Source: Narcine bancroftii (lineage: Eukaryota). From it: a stretch of 63,737 bases of DNA. This document shows, piece after piece, positions 36,512-48,554 of this stretch. The stretch is from the NCBI RefSeq assembly GCF_036971445.1, contig NC_091472.1:168640264-168704000 (forward strand), read 5' to 3'. Each line of letters opens with the position of its first letter. The first letter of the stretch is position 1. Both the position numbers and the translations under genes were made by a program. Below the pieces are notes generated by a model. It saw nothing but the letters and a program-made list of their open reading frames with translations. It had not been told where the DNA came from and ran no database searches.

Positions 36512-36539
36512 GAAAGTGGTTAAACTATAGAACAACCAT

Positions 36540-36795
36540 GCATTTTTAAAGGGGACTTAAAGGGAAATGTTTATTTTTACATAGAAAGTGGTTGATGTCT
36601 GGAACTCACACCCAAAGAAGATGGCGGAATCAAGTACAATCATTATATTTAAGAGATATTTAGACAGGCACTAGAATAAGCAAGGTACATCCTAAAGAGG
36701 GCAAATGGGATGTGCAGGTGGGAATAAAGGGGTTGTCATGGACATAATGAACTGAAGACCGCGTGTCTGTGCTTGCACAACTCTGTGACTTTATG
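36540..36795 (+). mobile_element. CR1 3' end directly after the cytokine stop codon
   Basis: TTTTTACATAGAAAGTGGTTGATGTCTGGAACTCAC...ATTTAAGAGATATTTAGACAGGCA...CTCTGTGACTTTATGACTC. Confidence 0.7.
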
Positions 36796-37042
36796 ACTCC
36801 AAGATGGCTCACACTGCAAATCCCTGGAATGTAGAGACACTTATATGTACCGAACTATATCCAACAGATTCAACCACTTTTACCAGCATTTACAATCTAT
36901 GTTTGGTTCCAAACATTTTTTTTTTAAATTTCTCCTTCCAGATGTTTCAGATAGAAACATCATCAGGGTTAAGAGCAGAGCCTCAATATTTGAGGATTTT
37001 GTTCCTAATGTTACTAAATTAACTTATCATCAAGCTAGTTAT

Positions 37043-37048
37043 AATAAA
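37043..37048 (+). other. Candidate polyadenylation signal of the cytokine (alternative: AT-rich tract ~38090-38140)
   Basis: AATAAA ~530 nt after the stop codon; further AATAAA and ATTTA motifs near 38090-38140. Usage unknown. Confidence 0.3.
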
Positions 37049-37091
37049 GAAATGCTGCAGCAATGATGTGAGGGTGTAAACATAACCAAAC

Positions 37092-37268
37092 AAGGGGTGG
37101 CCAACCTTTCCATTTTTAATTTGGACCTAGAGCACGGTAACAGGCCATTTCGGCCAATGAGTCTGTGCCGCCCAATTAACCTACACACTTGGTAGGTACT
37201 TGTGGGCTGAAATGGCCTGTAACTGTGCTGTAGGTCTAAATTAAAAATGAAAAGGTTGGCCGCCTCTA
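37092..37268. repeat. Fold-back element with ~65-bp inverted arms (hAT-like ends, SINE/LINE-like core)
   Basis: AGGGGTGGCCAACCTTTCCATTTTTAATTTGGACCTAGAGCACGGTAACAGGCCATTTCGGCC versus GGCTGAAATGGCCTGTAACTGTGCTGTAGGTCTAAATTAAAAATGAAAAGGTTGGCCGCCTCT. Confidence 0.8.
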
Positions 37269-37669
37269 ACCTAGACGAAAGAGCATGGGAGATACAAAAT
37301 GCAGAGCAGGAAGATCTGTGGTAGGCGTAGCTTGACTTAAATTGTATTTAAATTTTAATTATTTTTTATTTATAACATAGTAGAGGTCAGTCCCAGCCTT
37401 TGAAAACCGTGCTGCCCAAATTTCACCCAAATAACCTACAACAATTTTGGAGGGTGGGACGAAACCCACCCAGACACTTGGAGAATGTACAAGCTCCTTA
37501 CAGACAGCACAGGATTTGAACATGTATTGTTAGTGGTGTAATAGCCTCATGCAAACTCCTATGCTCACCCTAAGGATCTGGGCTCCCTTCCTAAAGAAAA
37601 GAAACAAACCAATAGGCTGAGCCAAAATCACAGGTGGATGAATGATCTAGTCAGAGAAGTCAAGTTACT

Positions 37670-38040
37670 TGACATTGTAAAGTCAATATTGAGTCCAGAA
37701 GGATGCAACATGCCCCAAACCAAGATGAAATGCTGTTGCATTGGGTCTCATTATAACAGTTCAGGAGGTCACAGATTGATGGGACACAATGGGAGTGGGT
37801 TGGAGAATTAAAGTGAAGGCAATAGAAAGCCAGGGGTCACCCCTGAGGATTGAACATGGATGTTCTGCAAAGCGGCCACTCGATTTATGTGTGGGAGGCA
37901 TGGGGGAATTTAAAAAAATAGTCCAGGTAGCTGTTGGAGATGGTAGGCTTGTAATGCATATTAGTAGTGAGGTGATCTCTTGTGATGGACTCAGAGAGGT
38001 CCAGAAAAGGAAGGGAAGGGTTAGGGTAGAGGTAACAACA
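37670..38040 (-). mobile_element. Penelope GIY-YIG fragment
   Basis: Minus strand QQHFILVWGMLHPSGLNIDF, homologous to the peptide at ~6640-6690. Confidence 0.7.
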
Positions 38041-39469
38041 GGGCAATATTTACCTTATTTGAATATATTTCAGTTTTGTACACAGAAGTTAATTTAATAT
38101 ATTTTTTGTAACTATTTATTTCAATAATAAATAAAATTAACCAATTTCATCTTGCCATTTTGTATCTTTGGACGAGAGCGCAGAGAAATTAAAAGTTTCA
38201 TTGAGGTATGTACTGATGAGGTTTTTTTATTCTCTATTGTACAAGATCTAGAGATTTATTATCTTGAAAAATAATATCTTAATCGAGTCCATATTACCCA
38301 GGTGATTCACCATCTCAGCAACACCCAACCCCAACCAACCAATTTTCCCTTGCAACCGCTGCAACCGTGCCTGCCTGTCCCGCATCGGACTTGTCAGTCA
38401 CCAACGAGCCTACAGCAGACGTGGACATACCCCTCCATAAATCTTCGTCCGCGAAGCCAAGCCAAAGAAGAATTAATGCTGCTTTGGATACAACTGAACT
38501 TCTTCCACATCCCATGCACGAGTTAGCAGGTTCATTGACAGTTCTAAATTATCACTAGTGTGTAGGTGGGTGGCTAGACAATCAGTGGGGAGTTAGTAAA
38601 AATGGGTTATATGGAAAGATGTTGGGGAATGAGTCTGATGGGAATGCTCTGTGAACTATCATAGATGGGCCAAATGGCCTATATCTATATTGTAATGGAA
38701 ACTGAAATAAAAGTTGGATATTGTGTGCTCAGACTTAAAATATCAAATGCAAATTGGCCTAGATTTCGAAGTAAACGCTAAACAACTAATGGAATAAAAG
38801 AATTATTTTATTCCATGATTTATTTTTCATTCAAAATGTGTAGAATTGCTGTGTCATGTTTTTTGAGTACTCACTATTAATTATCTAAATTCCATGATTC
38901 CTATTCAAGTTTATTCACATTCAAGTTTATTATCAGGACCATCACGTTCTTCCATACCTCAATTTTTTTGCAGTAACTACAACTGAATATTTTTTATTTG
39001 TCCTTTTATATTTATTATCTATTTTTTGTCTTGGTAATTTTATTGTTGGTGTATTTTACATTCCTGTCTGGCAACAGCAAGTAAAAATTACAGTACACTC
39101 TACTTATGTACATGACAACAAACTCTCATTTACACTCCTCCATCTTGCCACTCCTCCCTTTGACCCATCCATCAATCAATATCTTCTTCATTCCTCCACC
39201 CTACGTATGATATGATTTCAAATCAGGTTCTGAACACTAGCCATTTGAGGTAGTGTGTGTCTTTGGCCAGGGCTTGGTGGTAATTATTTCAATAGTGAGT
39301 CGCAAGTTTTTGCGTTCAACCCACATGAGCATTTGAAGCATAGAATTGAGCTGCCAAGCTAGGATGGTACTTAGGGAGGCGGGAGATGAAATTATCATCC
39401 TCATTGCCAAACTAATTGGTTGGAAAAGTTTACACCGGCAATAATTGTGCATCAACTAATGCTTCTAAA

Positions 39470-39795
39470 GAACCTAAGACATAGGTGCAGAATTAGGACA
39501 TTCGGCCCATCACATTTGATCCACCATTCAAATCATGGCTGATGCATTTTTCCTCTCAACACCATTCTTCTGCCATCTCTCGATAACCTTACTAATCAAA
39601 AACCTATCAACCATTACTTTAAATATACCAAATGACTTGCCATCCGCACAGCCACAGATTCACTACCCTCTGGCTGACGCAATTTCTACTCATCTCTGAT
39701 CTACAGGGACAACTTTTTATTCTGAGGCTGTGCCCTTGGGTCCTAGACTCTCCCACTTCGGGAAACATCATATCCACATCCACTATCCAGCCTTA
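39470..39795 (-). mobile_element. CR1 3' fragment
   Basis: AAGAACCTAAGACATAGGTGCAGAATTAGGACATTCGGCCC, the reverse complement of the CR1 tail. Confidence 0.75.
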
Positions 39796-40624
39796 AAACA
39801 GATTAACTGGTTATTAATTTGACCTTGCTAGACCTTGCTGGGTACAAATGAGCTCTCACGCATCCGACGTTGCATAGAGATTGTGAAATCATTGTAAATT
39901 GAACTGATGTGTCCAAAGACAATATTTATGCACACAATTGCCCTTTATTTACAAGAGATTGAAGACAAAATATAATAAGACCAATTCTTTCTATTATATG
40001 TTGGTTTGCTCTTGATATTTTGGAAATACTAATGCATCAGACAATCTTTGCCTGTCCCCAGTGGCCCTGACTATATTAAGAATCGACTACATAGTGTAAG
40101 ATTGGGTAGTGGGGTCAGTTTCCCCAGCAACCTGTTGGCTTTATAAAATGAAACAGCAACTTTCAGTCGTTTATACCACAGATTCCTATATAATTGAATT
40201 CTATTCCATAACATGTCACGATGAGATACAAAACTCATGCCCTGCGGGTCTTTGTTGTATCCTGTCACCACTGAATTATAATATAGGTATCCACTATTAT
40301 TTCAGACGTAGTGAAAAACAAACTGCTTGGAAGAACTCAGCAGGTCAAGCATCATCTCTGCACAAGTAAAGAGATGGTCGACTATCCCTTTGCCTCCACA
40401 GATAAAGCTTGATCCATTGAGTTTCTCCAGAAGTTTATTGTTTTGCTCCAGATTCTAGCTGGCTCTTGTTCCTCATTTCGGGTCTATTTATTGTGCAGCC
40501 CTCACAAAATAGACTGTAGAGAGTTAGTGGTGGAAAGAACAATTGTATTGGAGTTTATTTCTGCATATTTTATCCTCCTTAAGGTTTAATCAATGAGTAT
40601 CAATAATCAGTAAATGTTTGCATT

Positions 40625-41080
40625 ATTGAATGTGAAAGGTGTGCAGTGCAGATCCACCACAATATTACCAAGGGTGAGAAGGATAAATTATGAGGAGAGT
40701 TCATTTCCCTGGAATATTAAAGGTTAAAAGTAATTTGCTTGAAGTATATAAGATTTGGAAAGGAGAGATGAAAATGAACCGCTTCGATGCCATGTGCATT
40801 TGAGAGAGAAGGATCTAATCTTAACCTCAGAGATGGACCAGTCAAAACCAAACTTTGCTCAGTTGTTTAATCAGGGTGGAATTTAGGAAGCTTTTGTTCC
40901 AGTAAATATGTGGGATTGTTACTCCACAAAAAGCTGTAAACAATAAAATGATAATTTTAACAGAGGGTGATGGATTTTTGTTAGTCGAAGTGTTACTGGA
41001 TATGGAGGCAAGTTAGGTTGGAGCTGTTGAAGATCAACCACGATATCTTTGAAAGTTTAATATCCTGCTCCGACATCCTT
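40625..41080 (+). mobile_element. Old CR1 3' fragment
   Basis: Degenerate GTGCAGTGCAGATCCACC...AATTATGAGGAGAG...CCTGCTCC pattern. Confidence 0.5.
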
Positions 41081-41859
41081 ATGATGAACCCAGAATTCAT
41101 TTATGTATGTGCAGAATAAGTGGAGTCAGTTATGAGCTTGTCCGAAGTGTGGTCGAATGCTTCTCTGCGGAAAATACAAAGGACTTGCATGTTATATGTT
41201 GGTTTTCGTAGTGAACTGTACTGACAAATATAAAATGTATCTTTGTCAATGGAACTTAAGGGTTGATGGCTTTTGTGAGTGCTCCATGTGCTCCACTAAT
41301 TCATGTTGATGGTTCAGTTCAGAAGAATGCATTGCGAAGACCATGGAGTTTAGGTGTTTTCTTTCAGACTGAAGTAATCACAGGAAGTGAAAGATGTTTA
41401 CTTGTATTTCCAAACTGATATAGTGATCCTGTAAAATGGCTTTTACAGAAACTATAATTTGGTCTTTGAATCTGCAGAGTTGAGGACAAATAATGATTAT
41501 TATTAAGCTTGGATTTTGCAGAGTTCTGATAAAGATTGTTGCAACTCACTGAATTGAATTAAAATTAAACATTTCACTGACATGTGCTGGAATGCAGTAA
41601 AAAGTTTTGTTTACTATACAGGCAAATCAACTTGTACAGCAGTTTATCAAAATAAATGTGTAAATAATTGTGTTACAACAGTCAAATAGTGCAGGGTTTA
41701 GAGAAAAGTGCAAAAATGAGGTGCAGGGAGCCAGGGACACTAAGGTACTGTTATTAAAGACTGTGAGATCTTTAGCCAATGTGAGATCCACTTAAGAGCC
41801 TGACAACAGCAAGAAAGAAACTGAAGTGCAATATTGGATCTTCTATGAGGGAAGGAGAC

Positions 41860-44030
41860 AGGACAGGTGACAGGAGTATGTGTCGGGGAACATTTTTGGT
41901 CCAGTGATCAAAAGGCTTTTAGTTTCAGCTTAATTATGGATAAGGATAGGTCTGAATCTCAGTTTGAGATTCTAAATGGGAGAAAGGCCAATTATGAGGA
42001 AATGAGAAAAGTTCTAGAAAGCATTGGTTGTTTTTTTTTCTAGCAAGGATGTGTTCATTAAGTTGAAGGCCTTCTAAGGTGAAATTTTGAGAGTACAGAG
42101 TTTGTATGTTTCTGTCAGGATTACAGGCAAAGTTAACAGGCATAGGGAACCTTGGTTTTTGTGGGATATTGGGGATTTGGTTCAGATGGTGTATAGCAGG
42201 TATAGGCCATATTGGAGCAAATGAGGTATTGAGTATTAAAAAATGCAAGAAAAAAAATTAAGAAGGAAATCAGGAAGGCTAAAAAAAAGATGAGGTTGCT
42301 TTGGCAGCAATGTGAAGGAAAATCATTACAACTTCTACAGGCATATTTAGACCTAAAGGATGGTAAGGGACAAAATTGGTCCCCTTGAAGATTAGAGTGG
42401 TTGACTATGTATGGAGCCAAAGAGATGGGGGAGATCTTACATTTTTTTGGATCACTATTTGCTCAAGAAACTGACACAGAGTTGTGGGAAGCAAGGAAAG
42501 CAAGCAGTGAGGTCATGGAACCTGTACAGGGGAGGTACTTGCTGTCTTAAAACAAATAAGGGCAGATAAATCCCCAGGGCATAATAAGATATTATTTCAG
42601 ACCTTGGGGGATGCTAGTGTAGAAATTGCAGGGATTCTGGCAGAAATATTTAAAATGTCCTTAGCCATGGGTGTGGTGCCAGAGGATTGGAGAGTAGCTT
42701 GTTTAAAATAGGCTCCAAAAGTAACCCTGGCAATTCTAGTAGATAAATTATTGGAAGGTGTTCTCAGAGATGTACAAGTACTTGGATAGCCAGGGACTGA
42801 TTAGGGATAGTCAATGTGGCTTTGTTCATGGTAGGTCAATGTTTAGCCAACCTCATAGTTTTTTGAGGTAACCAAGAAAGTTGATGAAGGAAAGGCTGCT
42901 AATGTTGTGTACATGGACTTTAGTAAGGATTTTGATAAGGTCCCACATGGGAGGTTAATCAGGAAGGTTCAAATGCTTGGTATTCCATATGACATAGTAA
43001 ACTGGATTTGACATTGGCCATGTGGGTTAAGCCAGAGAGTGGTGGTGGATGATTGCTTCTCAGACTGGAAGCCTGTGTGTCTTGGGGATCAGTGTTGGGA
43101 CAATTGTTGTTTGTCATCTATATCAATGATCTGGATGATAATGTGGTAAATTGGATCAGCAAGTTTGCAGATGGCACTAAGATTGGATGTGTTGTGGACA
43201 GCAAGGAATGCTTTCAAAGCTTGCAGAGGGATCTGAACCAGCTGGAAAAATGGGCTGAAAAATGGCAGATGGAGTTTAATACCGACAAATTTGAGGTGTG
43301 GTATTTTGGAAGGACAAAGAAAAGTAGAATGTACACATTAAATGTTAGGGCACTGAGGAGTGTGGTACAACAGAGGGTTCTGGGAATACAGAAACATAAT
43401 TCCATAAAAGTGGTGTCACAGGTGGATGGGGTTGTAAAGAGAGCTTTTGGCATATTGGCCTTCATAAATCAAAGTATTGTGTACAAGAGTTGAGATGTTA
43501 TAGTAAAATTGTATAAGACATTGATGAGGCCAAATTTAGAGTATTGAATGCAGTTTTGGTCACCTAACTACAGGAAAGATATCAATAAGATTGAAAGAGC
43601 TTAGAGAAGATTTACTAGGAGGCTGCCGAGACTTCAGGAACTAAGTTACAGGGAAAGATTAAACAAGTTATGACTTTATTCCTTGGAGCACAGAACAATG
43701 AGGGGAGATATACACAATTATGAGGGGTGTAGATAGAGTAAACGCAAGTTGTTTTTTTCCCCCTGAGGTTAGGTGAGATACAAACCAGAGGATGTGGTTA
43801 AAAGTGAAAGGGGAACATTAGGGGGAACTTTGTCACACAGAGAATTTTGGGAAGTGATGAATGTGGGCTCAATTTTCACGCTTTAAGAAAAATGTTGACA
43901 GACACATGGATGGGAAGGGTATGGAGGGCTATGGACTCGGTGCAGGTCAGTGGGACTAGGCAGAATAATAGTTTGGCACAGACCTGAAGGGCAGAAGGGC
44001 CTGTTTTCCTCTCCTGTAATATTCTATGGT
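41860..44030 (+). mobile_element. Long 5'-truncated CR1 LINE (endonuclease end, RT, 3' UTR)
   Basis: GQVTGVCVGEH, DKSPG, YMDFSKDFDKVPH, GSVLGQLLFVIYINDLD, SKFADGTKI, WAEKWQMEFN; many stops. Confidence 0.92.
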
Positions 44031-44039
44031 TGGAAACAG

Positions 44040-45240
44040 TCCTTGAATCTGGAGGTTCATGCTTTCAAGCACGTTTATGTTGTGCCCTGGGGTGGGGAGG
44101 GGGCTGGGGTGGGAGAAGAGATTGTGACTAGGGTGAGAGGGGTCCTTTTATATGTTAGCAACTCTCCTAAAGCACAGATAAAGTTGCTGAAGGGGAGTTT
44201 GGTTTTCCTAATGGCCTGAGCTGTACTTACTCCCCTCTGCAGTTACTTGTTGTCTTGGGCAGAGCAGTTCCTGATTCATCTGAACAGGATATTTTCTGTA
44301 GCGATAGAGTGCTACCACCAGGAGGAGTAAGAGACGGAGTGTGTAGCATCTGGGGAATGTTGCATCTTGTGAGGTTGTTGCACCTTTAATGGATTCAAGA
44401 TGTATGCCTTGCCATGAGGTTTGCATGTGTGTGTTGTGTTCTTGGAGCTATTTGCTTAATTAATAAATCGTATTGTTTTTAAAAGAACACAAGTTTTCTT
44501 TATTGTAATAAAAAGAAAAATCACACTTTCTATGATACATAGATCGGTAACCATTGGTAAGAGACCTTGGGGTCATGCTGAATTTCCTCAGGCTTCTGAG
44601 AAAAGTGGAGTCTCTTGTGCACTTGCTTAGTTTTAACGTTAACATGGATAGACCAGGACAGGTTGTTGGTAGTATGCACTTTAAAGCACTTGAAACTCTT
44701 CAGCTCCACCTCAGCACTGTGGATATACACTGGGACACATGCAGCTCCTTCATTTTGCTGAGAGTGAGGGAGAGGCTGTTATTCCAGCACCATTGCCATC
44801 AGACTCTCTATGTCCTTCCTACATTTCATCTTGTCACTTCTTGAGATCTGCCTGACAATAGTTGTGTCATCTGCAAACTTGTAGATGGAATTGGAGCAGT
44901 GTTTGGGCACTTATGGGTATATAGGAAGTAAGGGTCTGAGCACATATCCTTATGAGACAGAAATACTGTGCAGAAAAACAATTCCCATTGCTTGTAATCT
45001 ACAGGTCAGGAAGTGAGTTACCACTTGCAAAAGGTGGTACTGAGACCTATATCCCAGAGCTTTGAAAAGCATTTGTTCGGGACGATGGTGTTGAAAGCAA
45101 AGCTGTAGTCAATAAATAGGTGTGGGACATGAGTGTCCCTTTGGTCCAGATGTTGCAGGGTAATGTGCAAGGCCACAAAGATGGCACCTGTCATGGACTT
45201 GTGACAGTGGGCAAATTGTAGTGGATCGAGGCTGGCGTTA
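44040..45240 (-). mobile_element. Decayed Rex1/RTE-like LINE fragment
   Basis: Minus strand IYKFADDTTIV (~44860-44890) and FKVHTTNNLSWS...KRLHF. Confidence 0.7.
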
Positions 45241-46026
45241 ATGAGGGCCTTGACTAATATTTGAGATTTGGATGTGATTCTGAAGAATGATCAGGTAATT
45301 TTCTCTAAATGCTAGAATTAAATGTCTTTTTATTTGGTAAAAGATGAAATATTGGTCACTCTTTACACCCTGCAGATGCTGCATGGCCTGCTGAGTTTCT
45401 CTCGCAGATTTGTGTATTGCACTCGACCCCAGCATTTGTAGATGGAATTGGAATTGTTTAACCTTAATTAAAATTTCTGTTTTATGGTTTTGCATTGGCT
45501 CAAATGTCCTTGCTGGATTCTGTTATTTTTATTAAGAAACTTCTTAACACATGTCTAGCTCAATGTTAACTCAATTTTGTTCTGTTGTGCGATGGTTCAC
45601 AGGGATGAAACATTTATATGTAATGTTATGATGCAGTTGTGCTTGGATTGTTCCTTACAGTGCATTTCAACTGCACTCATGTTTTGTAGCTATTTTAGAG
45701 GATTATATTATCCAGCAAAATGTTTAGGGAAGAGAAAACAAATCAGAAGGTCTAAGATTTGATGGAAGCAGGAGAAATTAAATCCTAGAAAAGGCCGATG
45801 ATGCAAGGTAAACATTGAAGGTAAGAGGACATAAAGAATTAAAGGGTCAATCTGGAGGAGATGTGAAATGCAGAAACATTGTCAGAAGTTGCCAATTACA
45901 TCAACGGTGGAAATGTTGATTGTCTGAAATAGTTGGACATTGCTGAGAATGAAAGGCTATAATACAGCAAGTTCCAAGATTATTTGCTGTTTCTTAAACT
46001 TCGAACCATTGGAACAGTCAGAATCG

Positions 46027-46865
46027 GACATTTTGGTGCCCGCAGTTTGGTTCTGGATATTTTGGTGCTGGGCATTTTAACAATAAAACACTTCTGTAAC
46101 CCCTCAGACATTTTGGCATCCACAGTTTGGCACCAGCTCTCATACTTGGCGAAGGACGTGGCTTGTAATTTATTATAATTTTAATTAAATATAGTAATTA
46201 TTAAGTATTGATTAAAATTGTTTCTTGGCGTTAACAGTTAGGCCATAGCAACATTCATTTATTATACTTATAATGAAGTGAGGAGCAGTGCTTCAGGCTG
46301 TCGTGTGACCCTGAACTCGGGACAGTGGCTATCACTCGGTCACATCAAACTGACTGATATGGCACTATGGGCGCTGGAGGCTTACCAGCGATGACTGAGT
46401 CAATGAATCAACAGGACCGGGAACAAGAGGGAACCAGGTGGAGCAGGACGGGGGGGTAACTGTGTGGAGGGGACTGGGGGCAGGTGGAGGGGACCAGCTG
46501 GCAGAGGGGGACTGGGAGCAGAGGTGATCAGGGATCATGAGGGTATCGGTGTCCGGTCCCAGCCCTGGGACAACTTGCCTCTGCCACCCTGAAAGGGCTC
46601 AGGAATGGGTTCCCTCCTACCGTCTGCCGCCGCCGCTTACCGCCAAATGCTGGTAAGCCTCCAGCACCCATAGTGCCGTGTCCATCAGATTGACATGATA
46701 GAGCGACAGCCGCTGTCCCGAGTGCAGGGTCCTGCACGACAGCCTGAATTTCTGGTCCTCGATGTTTAATAAGTGAATAAACTGTTAGCACCAAAACGTC
46801 CAGCACCAAACTGTGGGCGGCAAAATGTTTGGTGCCAAATTGTGGAAACCAAAATATCCTAGACC
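46027..46865. mobile_element. Putative non-autonomous DNA transposon with repetitive inverted subtermini
   Basis: 46027-46069 and 46787-46829 are ~43-bp inverted copies built from ~10-bp TTTGG units; GC-rich interior; no TSD found. Confidence 0.55.
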
Positions 46866-47565
46866 AAAGGTCAATGACATTTTTTCACTGCCTTAAAACT
46901 CTTTAAATCTTCTTTTCTCATCTAATCAAAGGTCATCAATCATTTCTCTTCACAGATGCTGCCTTTACCTCTCTTGAATATTTCCAAGAAAACATTATCA
47001 TTATGTCGATGATCAATGTTAACTTGCTGCTGACTCGGCTTAGTATGAATGATTGCTGAATGGAATGTAGGTAGATGAGATAGAATCTGTTATCGGGAAG
47101 CTGTGAGGTTCCTATTGCCACTAATCTGGGTTCATAATGGATAGCTCCGAGACGACCTCTTCTAGTTCTCTATCCTCTCTACTGTTTTGTGTCTTTTTTC
47201 CTGCAAGGAGGGCAGTAAGACTACTAAATGAGAGTGAGTTGTGAATCATTTATCTGGAGGATTTACCAATGATCTGTATAGGGAAGGTACACGTCTTTAG
47301 GAAGACCTATGTTAAATCTTAGGGTTGGACAGATGGGAAAGTATGGAATTGGAGTGATGTGAGGGGTGGGATCATCTAAAAATGTGTTTCAATTGACTTC
47401 AGGCACCATATTAAGCCAAGAGGTGCTGTGTCTTATACGTCAAGACACAGGTGAATGAGGAACAACTCTCACCTTTACTGATATGATGAAGTCATGAAAT
47501 CACTTATGGCGCTGAATCTGGGAGAAGGGGTCACAATCCTGCCCTTTATTATGCTGGCAATTGAC

Positions 47566-48554
47566 TGTGACAGAGTATATAGATAGATTTTTGGGAGATA
47601 AATTGAGACAGTTTTTTTTAGTGTAGGTTTCATGCAAACACTTTAAAACAACATTTATTTAAAATACTGGAGCTCTGCTCATGCTAGAACAGGAACAAGA
47701 CAAGCTGGAAAGCTTGTGGAAAAACCCCATTTGGAATATGGATTGTGAGTGCTTGGTTCAGCCTGGTCAAGGTTCATGCAAGAGGAGAAGACTGGCTGCC
47801 TAATGTTTCACTTGAAATAAGAGAAACAGAAAGGTGGTGACCTGAAAGAAAGAGGTTATCATCTGGAGAACCCTGAGGGGGCAAGTTTCTTCAGCAAGAC
47901 ACTGAAGTGGCTGATTGAAAAGGAATCAGTTGTGGTGTCCAGTGTACAACAAATCTCTCTCTGAAAACCGACATGAATCTTCCTAACTGATGACCATTTA
48001 CCTTTCAAGCACCAAAGCCTGGTGAACTTTATAAATGTTAAATTCTGTGCACAGAAATGTGCGCAACCAGTGAATTTGGAAGAATGAGAAGTGAGAATGA
48101 ACTGTGAACCAAAGAACTTTTCTGAACTTACACACACATTACATACACGTGCGCTTAGCATTAGAAGGGGGTTGATTTAGGTTAAGTAAGTCAACAGTGA
48201 TAAGTTAAAGGTTGATTCTATTTTCATGTTTAAAGATAATTAAAAGTTGTGATAGTACAGACCTATCACCAATGTATATAGTTACAGTATCTAGAGTGTA
48301 ATGACTGTGCTTACAGCGATTGGCTGAGAGCTTAGCCACGCCTACTGTCTGGGCCTTAAAGGGTTGTGCCCCTAGCCAGGTCGGATCATTCCGGACTGGT
48401 CGGCCACCTGTGAAGAGCTCCTGTCTTTTGCTAATAAAAGCCTTGGTTTGGATCAACAAGTCTTTGGTTCTTTCGACGAGCTCTACAAAAGTAACTATTT
48501 GTCTTGGTGAATATCTATTGCTGCTGGGTTTTGGGGTCCTCTGGACTCGTAACA
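47566..48554 (+). mobile_element. Solo LTR (family A, ~745 bp net) carrying a nested solo LTR
   Basis: Termini TGTGACAGAG...CTCGTAACA; 4-bp TSD TGAC (47562-47565 and 48555-48558). Confidence 0.8.
48248..48487 (+). mobile_element. Solo LTR (family B, 240 bp)
   Basis: TGTGATAG...CTCTACA termini, AATAAA, 5-bp TSD AAAGT. Confidence 0.9.
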
